Notes under the pieces: model-generated
What the model saw: only the letters and a program-made list of their open reading frames with translations
What the model was told of the DNA's origin: nothing
The model's database searches: none
Program-made: the position numbers and the translations under genes
Assembly (NCBI GenBank): GCA_977017645.1
Contig: OZ360233.1
Span: 18,290,001-18,354,000, forward strand
DNA from: Torpedo marmorata
Taxonomy: Eukaryota
Length of the DNA stretch: 64,000 nt
Reading direction: 5' to 3'
Part shown: positions 23,212-35,189 of the stretch, piece after piece
How the letters are laid out: each line of letters opens with the position of its first letter
Numbering within the stretch: the stretch's first letter is position 1

Positions 23212-23637
23212 ATGTTCCTCCTTAGTTGTTCGCTGATTCTATGGGCCGTTCTGCCTGGTGAGACTGATTGATCAACACGAGTCCCGCTGGGTCAGCGGCG
23301 TTTCGCGCCGTTCACACATTCTGACTTTTGTTCCAGGGGCGAGTGGGAACGATTCGGTGACCCAAGAACCCCCGGAATTGATTGTCAATGAAGGACAGAT
23401 CGTATCACTGAGCTGCAGTTACTCGATGGTTCCCAATGCATATTTCTGGTACATTCAACGTCCTGGAGAATCTCCCAAATATTTGCTGAAAATCTATGCG
23501 TCAGGAGATGTGGTTCCGTCGCTCGATTGTCCGGAGAGGATAACGGGTTCATTGGAGAAAAAGAGCCAGACATTCCACCTCAATAACTCGAAAACCCTTG
23601 TGGAGGATTCTGCCGTGTATCTCTGCGCCGTGGAGCT
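23212..23637 (+). CDS. TRAV: TCR alpha/delta-type V segment, open (leader 23212-23257, V exon 23337-23637)
   Basis: ASGNDSVTQEPPELIVNEGQIVSLSCSY...WYIQ...EDSAVYLCAVE. Confidence 0.85.
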
Positions 23638-23676
23638 CACACTGTTCCAGGGCGGTGGCAGATCCGCACAAAAACT
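23638..23676 (+). other. 23-RSS
   Basis: CACACTG + 23 bp + ACAAAAACT. Confidence 0.92.
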
Positions 23677-24129
23677 CACCTCGAGACATTGAATCGGACC
23701 CTATGGCTAGGGGGCGCTCTCGGCCACGCAATGGAAGCGAATACACGACCTTCCTGGAGAGTCTGCTGCAACGCCGAGATGCAGGAGATTTCCCCTCCTC
23801 TGAGCGTTTCTCTTTCTCTGCGTCCTCTGTGTCTGATGCCGTAATTTGATGTAGAAGGTAGGAAGTCACGGAGAGAGGAAGAAACGGATAGCTGTTTGCC
23901 AGAATGAAAATGAAGGAGTGTTTGTTAGATGGAAATTGAGAGGTTAAAAAAGCGGTAAACCGCGCGGGTGGGTGTGACCGGTAGGTGATCCTTCGGCCTC
24001 TCCTTCCCAAAATCAACAACAAGCTCCTTGGTCTTGGTGAAAATAAGAACAAAATTATTGTTCTCCAACCACCAAACCAGGTTCACCATCTCCATTCTGC
24101 ATTCTGACTCATCTTTTCCAATTATTATC

Positions 24130-25610
24130 GAGCGGCACAAATGCGATTTGTTGCATATTTTTTTGAAACTGAAGTGGGTTGGAATAGAACTAGGAGAAAT
24201 AGGAGAAAAGAAACCACAAGAATGCATATACAAATGGAATTCAAAACTGCTGACAGGGGTTAAAGAAACGCCGTTATTAAATCATTTGATTAATGCTTGG
24301 AATAAAGTTAATGATGACATAGGGTTGAAAGGAAGTATATCACCCAAAATGCCTTTGATACAGAATAATCTGATACCATTTACAAAAGATAATCAAATTT
24401 TAAATACTTGGTCATTAAAAGGAATAAAGAAGATAGAAGATTGTTATGAAGGAAATCAAATGATGTCATTTATACAATTACGGAATAAATATGGAATACC
24501 TAATAATACACTTTTTTGTTATTTTCAATTAAGAGGTTATTTAAGAGAAAACGTAGGTCCAGACTTGTTGTTACATGATTGTAGTGAGGTAGAAACTCTT
24601 ATTAGGAAAGGAAATACTAAGAAATTTACTTCTATAGTGTATTCTTTGCTACAAAGGGGAGCTTTAAAACGAGGACTTCATAAATCTAGACAAAGATGGG
24701 AACAAGATCTTAATGTTATAATTGATGAAAAAAGGTGGTCGGATTTATGTTTAGATAGTATGACTAATACTGTTAATGTAAGATATAGATTGGTACAATA
24801 TAACATTTTACATCAATTATATCTTACACCACAAAAATTGAACAAGATAAAGTCTACGATATCAAATGGATGCTTTAGATGTGGTGAAGAAGAGGGAACT
24901 TTTTTACATTCAACGTGGTCATGTTCAAAAGTTAAAGGTTTTTGGATAGAGTTAGGAAATCGGTTAAAACAAATTACAGGTGTTACATTTCCACAGAATC
25001 CTGACTTATTTTTATTGGGAAACGTGGAAGGAACTCGACCAAAATTGAAGTTATCTACATGGCAATTGAAATTTGTTAAAATTGCATTAGCAGTAGCAAG
25101 GAAATGTATAGCAGTAACTTGGAAATCGGATACAAATTTAAGTATGGATAGATGGAATTCAGAGATGCAGAGTTGTATTCCATTGGAAAGAATAACATAT
25201 AATATGAGGAATAAATATGGGGTATTTTTGCAAATTTGGCGTCCATTTATCCAATTATTAGGAATGAATATTTAAATGTGTTGCCCTACATCCTAGACCT
25301 TACTGACTCTCTTAAATTTAAATTTAAAGAACGAACATTGTTGAATATCTTGCACCGAGCCGTGGACCCGTACAGATATTTTTCTTCCTCTATCTTTCTT
25401 TTCTTATTTTTAGTAAGGGGAGGGAATAAGGGATGGGAAGGGTGGAGGGTGGGTTGTTTTAGTGAGGGTGGGTTTAGATGGGGTTAGAATCACGGTAATA
25501 CGAATTTTGTATGTATTGAATTTATTAATGTTTATTATGTACCTTGTACTATTCTGTATTATTGTGAAAAATTTGAAAAATTAAAATAAAATATTAAAAA
25601 AAAACAAAAA
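24130..25610 (+). mobile_element. 5'-truncated L1-clade LINE (ORF2 C-terminal ~380 aa, 3'UTR, poly-A)
   Basis: ORF ending 25275 with CFRC..HSTWSC and KCIAVTWKS; A-tail ~25596-25612. Confidence 0.9.
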
Positions 25611-27544
25611 AACAAGCTCCTTGGTCTTGATGACAATAAGAACAAAATTGTTGTTCTCGAACGACCCAACCAGGTGCTCTATATCCATTTTGCAATCTGA
25701 CTCATCTTTTCCAGTTATTTGGCCAAGACTGGTGGTGTCTTCAGCTAATTTGAAGATTGAGTTGGGGCTGAACTTGGCTGACTAGTCATTGGTGCACATG
25801 GCAGAGATTAAAGCGATGGAGAGATTGGCACTGCTCTCGAAAGATTAAATAATTGTAAGACGTAGTCGCGTCGAGGTAGGAAGTGCAACAGAATGCGAGA
25901 AGGGGCGAGTGGGTGCCGGAAAACAAGTGAATGTGATGGAAAGTGTGGAGCAAGAGTGAAGAAGAGAGAGACGTGGGACTTTGTTAGGACTCCCTAAAGT
26001 TCTTGCATTTCGGAATACCACGAGATACGGCGAACCTATGTTTGGAGTTAACTCCAGATAAAGTGTTAAACAAAGTGTACTAACAAGACAAGATTGAGCA
26101 AGAGGATATTGCAATGTATCGGGATAGGACCACTAACGGATAATCGTGATGAAAAATGGCGTTTATGGATGGGGACTGAATAACTAGTGGGATTCAATGT
26201 GTGTGAAGTTGCAGGGAATTACGAGGAAGGAGCGTGAGAAAGGTGTCTAAAACAGGCAAGGAGAGAGTGAGAGAGAGAGAGAGAGAGAGAAAGAGAGTGA
26301 GAGAGAGAGAGTGAGAGAGAGAGAGAGTGTGAGAGAGATAGAGAGTAAGAGAGAAATGGAAATTAAGAGAATCTCGTGTAAAGAGGCAGAAAGAGAGAGA
26401 ACGAGAAAGGAGATATGGGTACAAATGCCAAGGGTAAGGTGGCCATGATAGAGAGCGAAAGATGTTAGGAGGAATAAGCTCAGATTGAGTGCGATGTGGA
26501 AGCAGAGAGACAGTAAGTGCGGAGCTGAGAGCGAGGACGTGAGAGAAGCAGAGGGATATAAAGAAAGAGTAATGGAGGAAGAGAAAAACAGATAGAGCGG
26601 AGAGAAATGGAGCTCTTTTATCGGTACTAGCCCTGCACTGATGCAACAGATCGACTGGCCGACACGTCTGAAGCGATGACAAGGTTGCACTGAAAGTGAC
26701 TGTACAAGTCCGGACAGTCGTTCCCGAGAGGACGTTTTCACCCCGCAATGTGGGACGGCCCCACAGCGTCCACAGAGCGAGAGAGGGTGAGAGAGTGAGA
26801 GTGAGTGTTTGTGTGTGCGAGAGAGATAGAGAGCAGAGAGCGAGAGAGAGAGACAGAGAGAGAGTGACAGAGAGGGCGAGAGAGAGAGTTACGGAGAGCG
26901 GAGAGAGAGAGGGAGATAGAGGGTGAAGAGGAAAAGTAATATAAGAGGTTGATTGACGGGGATAGAGAAGTGGAGTCACAGAAAAAATAAATAAACTGCA
27001 CTTAAATCAGGCAATCATATGAATTGAAACAGCGCAGATACTGATTGGTGTCTATCAGCTCAGCCCTGTTCACCAGTCAGTCCTGCAGGTGGGCCACGCC
27101 CACAGTGTGACCGCTGATATGACTTTATTCTCCAATATCGGTGAATTGGCGTTAAGGTTGCAGAGCAAACTGCCATTTGATCGCGCCTGACGCCTGTTCG
27201 ATGCGGTCGTGTGTTACTTCCTGATAATATTGAGGAGAGGGGGAGTGAGTAGTTCGCAAGGTTCAGAGAGAATGACAGAGGAGACAGAAAGAGAGGGAAA
27301 GGGGGAGAGAACAGAGAGAGGGAGAGAGATAAGAAATATGAAGTGTGAAAAACAGAGAATGAAAACATTGTGAATGGCGACCCACGTGTCTCAGCTCTGT
27401 TTCACAAGCAAATCTCGCAGCAGGATGCCACCCATGTTATTGCACAAAGTGAAGACTGTCCGCTGATCATAATTTACTGTACAATATAGGTGGAGGTATG
27501 AAACCCTTGAAAATAACCCGTCTCTTTCTCGCGCCTGATGCCAC

Positions 27545-27990
27545 ACAGCATGCGTGTCCCGGGTCCCTAGATTGACCGTGTTGCCTGCCGAATCTCTGCG
27601 GCATTGTGTAGAATGGGTCCCGCGGGATACGTGGAAGCCCAAGATGTTCACCCACTCCGTTCTTTATTGCTAGAACGAGTGTGAGAATATCAGTCACCCA
27701 TGACCGAGTAAGAACAGAACGTAGTCATGAACTGTACTTACTCGATAGCTGGTGAACATATTTTTGCTACATTCACCATCGGAGGCTGGAGTTGGGATGT
27801 TTCCAACTACGTGCTGAAGGTATTCAGCGCAGGAAAGATGGAACGGCTCCCAGTATGTCCGGAGAGGTTTACCGCTGTTTTGCAGAAAGACAGTACATAT
27901 CAATATTTCCGAGGTGCTGGTATCGCACTCCGTCGTGTACCTCGATGCCATGAAGCCCACACTGTTGCAGGGTGATGGCGAACAAAATCC
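27545..27990 (+). pseudogene. Highly decayed TCR V pseudogene, 17-bp-spacer RSS
   Basis: MNCTYS..., CPERFTAVLQK, YLDAMK; CACACTG 27958-27964 + 17 + ACAAAATCC. Confidence 0.75.
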
Positions 27991-29417
27991 AACCATGTAT
28001 GTTGCAAAGAGCGTGCACTGAAGCACGCGGACGCACGAACGCCAAAGGGACAGCAAGAAACACATGAGAGTCACCTTTTCCCCATTAAAAGGGCGATAAT
28101 CGGCAGCAAATATCGCCCAATCTTCAGGTATTGATCCTGAATTCACCTCATACCTCCAGGCAAAAGTCGAGACATTATATAGGATTTATATAATGAGGGC
28201 GACAGAGGGCGCGCTTTGCCGGGGAAGAGTCGCACGCGAAATTCAGAAAAATAGTTCGGCCAAGATTGAGAAATTGTCCCTGAATGCAAGTTAATACGAC
28301 TAAGAACATTATGCAGGATTTCCAGAACACCTCAATGTCTCATACTCCGTTGTCTGCAACAGGACATGGCGCGTGAAAACATTGCTCGAAACACACCTTT
28401 CACCACTTTGTTACAGTTCCCTGAAGTTCTTGCATTGAGGAGATACTGCGAATATACATTTCGAGAAAGCAGCAGATAAGGTGTTACACCAAAGGTTACT
28501 ACACGAGACAATATTCAGTAAGAGAGTATTGCCATATATAGGGGATAGGACTACTGACAGACAACTGTGATGAAAAGGGGCGTTTTGTGGATGGACACTG
28601 AATACCTCGTGGAATTCACCGTGGGCTTCATAGAGTGCTTCCTCACGATGATGGTCCCGATAAACGGAACTCGTGGAATGACTTCGAAAAGGCGCATGGC
28701 GCATGACAGATGGGTTAGAAAGTAGTGAGATGAGCGAGGGGAAAGGGGAAATGAAGAGATAGGTTATACAGGAAATTGTGGATATGCGGTGAATGAGCGT
28801 GAGAATGAAGATAAAACTGGCAAGTAGAAAGAGAGAAAGACAGAGAGAGAGATAGTGAGTGAGAGAGTGAGAGAAGTAACGGAGAAATGGAGTTAAAGAG
28901 AATACGGTGGAAAGAGGCAGAAAAGGGAGAAAGAGAAAGGGTATATGAGTACGAATAACTGGGGGAATGTGGCCAGGATAGAGAGGAAGAGATGGTCAGA
29001 AGAATAAGGTCAGAATGATTGCGAGATGGTCGCAATTACGCAGGAAGCAGAGAGACAATCCGGGCGAAGCTGAGAGCGAGGAACGTGAGTCAAACAGAGG
29101 GAAGTAAAGAAAGAATAATGGAGGAAGAGAAAGACAGATCGAGCAGAGAGAAATGGAGAGGGAGGCAGTAATAAAGCTCACCCTGAAAGTTTTGACGATT
29201 CACACGAGGGAGCGTTCTCGCCTCGATGCTCTTGCGTCGGTTCCTGCCCTGGACATCGATGCAACAGATCGAAGGATTGACAGGTCTGAAGCCATGACAA
29301 GGTTGCACTAAAGTTGACTCGACAAGTCCAGACAGTCTCTCACGAGAGGTCGTTAACACCCCGAAGATCGTGGGACGATACTCCAGTGTCCATAAAGCGT
29401 GAGAGTGCCTAAGAGAC

Positions 29418-29458
<41 letters not shown>

Positions 29459-29619
29459 TAGAGAAAGAAAGTGAGAGAGAGAGAGAGGGAAGGAGAGGAA
29501 GAGAAAAAGGAAGATGGGAGGTGAATGACAGTGAGATAGAGAAGATGAATCATGGATAAAAATAAATAAACTGCACGTAAAACAAATAATGAGATGAAAT
29601 GAAACAGCGCAGATACTGA

Positions 29620-29778
29620 TTGGTGCCTTTATCAGCTCAGCTCTGTTTATCAGTCAGCCCTGCATGTGGGTCACGCCCCCTGTCTGACCGCTGATATGAC
29701 TTTACTCTCCAATGTCGGTGAAGTTGCAGTACGTTGGTAAAAGTAAATTGCATTTTGATCGCGCCTGACGCCTGTACG
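29620..29778 (+). promoter_or_regulatory. Putative V promoter (subfamily 2)
   Basis: Inverted CCAAT (CTGATTGG), CACGCCCC (Sp/KLF), CCAAT and TGACG conserved upstream of the leaders at 32203, 34758, 37223, 40342 and 43910. Confidence 0.55.
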
Positions 29779-30210
29779 ATGTGGTCCGTGTGTTGCTTCC
29801 TGATGATATTGATCACGTTGACCGGTGAGTTTCTGTCTGAGTGTTCACCGAGTTTCCCATAAGTTGAACACGCTCGTGGATTGTTCATTCATTGTGTCAT
29901 TTGTTGCAGGGACGAGTGGGAAAGATTCAGTGACCCAGCACCCGCCTGGAATAACGGCTGAGGAAGGACAAACGATAGTAATGAACTGTGCATACACGAC
30001 AGCAAATAGTTACATTTTTTGGTACATACAACATCCCGGGGAATATCCAAAATACTTGCTGAAGATATATAGCGCAGGAAACATGATACGGTCTCCAGAA
30101 TGTGAGGAGAGGTTTACTTCTGCTTTGGAAAAAGTCAAAAAGATGGCTCATCTAAATATTTCCGGGACGCTTGTGTCGGACTCCGCCGTGTATCTCTGCG
30201 CCATAGAGCC
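29779..30210 (+). CDS. TRAV: TCR alpha/delta-type V segment, subfamily 2, open (leader 29779-29824, V exon 29910-30210)
   Basis: MWSVCCFLMILITLT-G | TSGKDSVTQHPPGITAEEGQTIVMNCAY...WYIQ...SDSAVYLCAIE; RSS 30211-30249 with nonamer ACCAATACT. Confidence 0.83.
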
Positions 30211-30973
30211 CACACTGTTGCAAGGAGATGGCAGATCCGAACCAATACTCAGGCTGTGTTCTGTAAAGTTCATTCAATAGAGGGCGCTCCGAACAGGGAA
30301 ACAGGTGCTGATGAATTGGATTCCCGCGAGCGGCACGTGGTGCCCTTCAGAGGACGACACTCAGCGAAAAAAGTCACCAGAACATTAGCAATTCGTCTTT
30401 GATACAATTCGTACGCATAAGCACAAAGAAGCAATTAAGATCGCATTAACGGGGCATCTTAGTGTTTATTATTACCGTTTATCTACAACAAGATACAACA
30501 GTTGACAACCTTTGTCGAAATCGTATTTAAAATACTTTGATCAAGTTCGCCGGAACAGTTACAGCGAGGATAGAGGGAAACATGGAGATTGAGTGACTTT
30601 CTTCATTCCCGAAAGATCGTATAAGGTGTCACGCGAAAGGCTACTGCACAGAATATACACCAGTTAGAGCCTTCTGAGTGGATGAAGGAATGGACGCTTC
30701 AAAGGAAAACAATATAGTGGAGCCAAAAGGGCGATTTTCAGATGCACAATTAATTACTGGTAGAGATCTACAGGTTTCAATCTGTTGTCTCATCGTGTGA
30801 TTATCCACGTTGATTATCTCGAGGAAATGGACATGCGCGATATAAAATTGGTGATTGATACAGTGACACGTGGGTTAACAAGGAGTAAGTAAGAAGAGTA
30901 ATGGAGAGGAGGGAGTGAGTAGTTCTCAGTGTTCAGAAGTATGATGAAGGAGAGAGAGAGAAAGAGAGAAAGT

Positions 30974-31006
<33 letters not shown>

Positions 31007-32202
31007 GAAGAGAGAGAGAGTGTGAGAGAGAGAGGAAATTATGGTAGAGATCAGAGAGAGGGAGATATATAAGAAATATGAAGAGAGTGAAAAGACAGAG
31101 AAAATATATTGTGAATGGCGACGCACTTGGCTCAGCTCTGTTTCACCAGAAAATCTTGAGGAGAGGGAGAAAGGGCAAGGCGAGAGAGAGGTGGCGATGC
31201 AGGGAATGGCGAGGAAGGAGCGTTAAGAAGATGTCAAAAACAGGTAAGCAGAGATATGGCGAGAAATATAGAGGGAAAGAAAGAGAGAGTGAAAGAGAGA
31301 GAGAGAGAGAGAGCGAGTGAGAGAGAGAGAGAAAGAAGGATGAGAGAAATGGAGATAGAGATTGTGGTGGAGGGAGAAATAAAAAGGGGCTCTGGAACAA
31401 ATGACCGGGAAAAGGTGACCAGGATAGAGGAGATGATGGTCAGAAAAACGTCAGAATGATTGCGACATGGTCGCAATTACGCAGGAGGTAGAGAGACAGT
31501 AAGGGCGGCGCTGTGAGCAAGGACAAGAGAGAAGCAGCGGGAAATATAGAAAGAATAACGGAGGAAGAGAAAGACAGATAGAGGAAACAAATGGAGAGTG
31601 AGGCAGCTTTGAAGCTCACCCTGAGAGGTTTGACGATGCTGACTAGAGGGCGTTCTCAGCCCGGAACTCTGGTGTCCGTACATGCCCCGGATATCGATGC
31701 AACAGATCGAATAATCGACAGGTATGAAGCCATGACAAGATTGCCCAAACGTTGACTCCAGCAGAATGGACAGATTCTCACGAGAGGGCGTTTTCATGCT
31801 GCAGAACATGTGATGGATCTTCAACCTCCACAGAGCGAGAGTGCGAGAGGGAGAGAGAGAGAAAGAATGTGTGTGTGTGTGTGTGTGTGTGTGCGAGAGA
31901 GAGGGAGAGAGAGAGAGAGAGAGAGAGGAGATAGGAGGGTGAATGATAGAGTGATAGAGCAGTGGAGTCAGAGAGGGAGAGAAATACTGTATATAAACTG
32001 AATGTAATACAGGCAATGAGATTAATTGAAACATCGCAGGTACTGATTGGTGCGTTTAACTGCTCATCTCTGTTTACGTCAGCCCAGCAGGAGGGCCACG
32101 CCCCCTGACTGACTGCTGATATAACCTTACTCTCCAATATCGGTGAAGAAGCGTTAAGGTCGTCAAGTATACTGCCGTTTGATCGCCCCTGACGCCAGTA
32201 CC

Positions 32203-32635
32203 ATGCTTTCGGCGTGTTGCTTCCTGATGATATTGACCACGTTTCCCGGTGAGTTTCTGTCTAATTGTTCAGCAAGTGTCCCACAAGTTGAACACGCTCC
32301 TGGATTGTCCAATCATTATGTCATTTTTTTGCAGGGACGAGTGGGAAAGATTCAGTGACCCAGGACCCTCCTGAAATTACGGCCGAGGAAGGGGAGACGA
32401 TAATAATGAACTGTACGTACACGACAGAAAATAGAAATATATTTTGGTACATGCAACATCGCGGGGAATCTCCAAAATACTTGCTGACGATATATAGCAC
32501 AGGAAACATGAAACGGTCACCAGAATGTGAGGAGAGGTTTACGTCTGCGTTAGAAAAAGTCAGCAAGATGGCTCATCTACATATTTCCGGGACGGTTGTG
32601 TCGGACTCCGCCGTGTATCTTTGCGCCATGGAGCC
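32203..32635 (+). CDS. TRAV: TCR V segment, subfamily 2, open (leader 32203-32248, V exon 32335-32635)
   Basis: TSGKDSVTQDPPEITAEEGETIIMNCTYTTENRNIFWYMQ...SDSAVYLCAME; RSS 32636-32674 CACACTG/23/ACAAATACT. Confidence 0.85.
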
Positions 32636-33830
32636 CACACTGTTGCAAGGAGATTGCAGATCCGAACAAATACTAAGGCTGTGTTCTGCAAAGTGCATTC
32701 AATAGAGGGCGCTCCGAACAGGGAAACAGGTGCTGATGCATTGGATTCCAGCGAGCGGAACGTGGTGCCCTTCAGAGGTCGGCACGCAGCGAAAAAAGTC
32801 ACCAGAACCTTAGCAATTCGTCTTTGATACAATTCGTACGCATAAGCACAAAGAAGCAATTAAGATCGCATCTTAGTGTTTATTATTACCGTTTATCTAC
32901 AACAAGATACAACAGTTGACAACCTTTGCCGAAATCGTATTTAAAACATTTTGATCAAGTTCGCCGAAATAGTTACAGCGAGCATAGAGGGAAACACGGA
33001 GATTGAGTGACTTTTTTCATTCGCGAAAGATCGAATAAGGTGTCACGCGAAAGGCTGCTGCACAGAATATACACCAGTTAGAGCCTTCTGAGTGGATGAG
33101 GGAATCGATGCGTTAAAGGAAAACAATAAAGTGGAGCAACAAAGGGCGATTTTCAGATGCACAATCAATTACTGGTAGATATCTACAGGATTCAATGTGT
33201 TGACTCATCGAGTGATTATCCACGTTGATTATCTGGCGGAAATGGCCATGCGTGATATACAATTGGGGATTGATACAATGACACGTGGTTAACAAGGAGT
33301 GAGTAGGAAGAGTAATGGAGAGGAGGACTGAGTCGTTCTCAGTGTTNNNNNNNNNNNNNNNNNNNNNNNNNNNNNNNNNNNNNNNNNNNNNNNNNNNNNN
33401 NNNNNNNNNNNNNNNNNNNNNNNNNNNNNNNNNNNNNNNNNNNNNNNNNNNNNNNNNNNNNNNNNNNNNNNNNNNNNNNNNNNNNNNNNNNNNNNNNNNN
33501 NNNNNNNNNNNNNNNNNNNNNNNNNNNNNNNNNNNGTGATAGAGAGAAAGGAAAATATGGTAGAGATCCGAGAGAGGGAGATATATGAGAAATATGAAGA
33601 GAGCCAAAAGACAGAGAAAAAATACATTGTGAATGGCGACGCACTTGGCTCAGCTCTGTTTCACAAGAAAATCTTGATGAGATAGAGGGAGAAAGGGCAA
33701 GGCGAGAGAGAGGTGGCGATGCAGGGAATGGCGAGGAAGGAGCGTTAAGAAGATGTCAAAAACAGGTAAGCAGAGAGATGGCGAGAAATATAGAGGGAAA
33801 GAAAGAAAGAGTGAAAGAGAGATTGAGGGG

Positions 33831-33869
<39 letters not shown>

Positions 33870-34404
33870 CAGAGAGAGAGAAGAATGGGAGAAATAGAGA
33901 TAGAGATTGTGGTGGAGGGAGAAAGAAAAAGGGGCTCTGGTACAAATGACCGGGAAAAGGTGACGAGGAGATTTTGGTCAGAAGAACGTCAGAATCATTG
34001 CGACATGGTCGGAATTACGCAGGAGGAAGAGAGACAGTAAGGGCGGCGCTGTGAGCAAAGACAAGAGAGAAGCAGCGGGAAATATAGAAAGAATAATGGA
34101 GGAAGAGAAAGACAGATAGAGGAGACAAATGGACAGTGAGACAGCATCGAAGCTCACCCTGAGAGGTTTGACGATGCTCACTAGAGGGCGTTCTACGCCA
34201 CGGAGCTCTGGTGTACGCACATGCCCTGGATATCGATGCAACAGGTCGACTAATCGACAGGTGTGAAGCCATGACAAGATTGCCCAAACGTTGACTCCAC
34301 CAGAATGGACAGTATCTCACGAGAGGGCGTTTTCATGCCGCAGAACGTGTGACGGATCTTCAAGCTCCACAGAGCGAGAGAGCGAGAGAGAGAGAGAGAA
34401 AGAA

Positions 34405-34456
<52 letters not shown>

Positions 34457-34757
34457 TGAGAGGGCGAGAGAGAGAGAGAGAAGAGATAGGAGGGTGAATG
34501 ATAGAGTGATAGAGCAGTGGAGTCAGAGACGGAGAGAAATACTGTATATAAATTGAATGTAAAACAGGCAATGAGATTAATTGAAACAGCGCAGATACTG
34601 ATTGGTGCGTTTAACAGCTCATCTCTGTTTACGTCAGCCCTGCAGGTGGGCCACGCCCCCTGACTGACTACTGATATGACCTTACTCCCCAATATCGGTG
34701 AAGAAGCGTTAAGGTCGTCAAGTATACTGCCGTTTGATCGACCCTGACGCCAGTGCC

Positions 34758-35189
34758 ATGCGTTCCGTGTGTTGCTTCCTGATGATATTGACCATGTTGC
34801 CCGGTGAGTTTCTGTCTAATTGTTCAGCAAGTGTCCCACAAGTTGAACACGCTCCTGGATTGTCCAATCATTGTGTCATTTTTTGCAGGGACGAGTGGGA
34901 AAGATTCAGTGACCCAGGACCCTCCTGAAATAACGGCCGAGGAAGGGGAGACGATAATAATGAACTGTACTTACACGATAGCAAATAGAAATATATTTTG
35001 GTACATGCAACATCGCGGGGAATCCCCAAAATACTTGCTGAATATATATAGCACAGGAAAGATTATACGGTCTCCAGAATGTGAGGAGAGGTTTACTTCT
35101 GCGTTAGAAAAAGACAGCAAGATGGCTCATCTACATATTTCCGGGACGCTTGTGTCGGACTCCGCCGTGTATCTCTGCGCCATGGAGCC
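34758..35189 (+). CDS. TRAV: TCR V segment, subfamily 2, open (leader 34758-34803, V exon 34889-35189)
   Basis: MRSVCCFLMILTMLP-G | TSGKDSVTQ...MNCTYTIANRNIFWYMQ...YLCAME; RSS 35190-35228. Confidence 0.85.

Noticed and set aside
26194-26979. Long Ser/Leu-rich or Glu/Arg-rich ORFs (also 20312, 11371, 57387)
   Set aside because: Translations of (GA)n/(CT)n low-complexity DNA.
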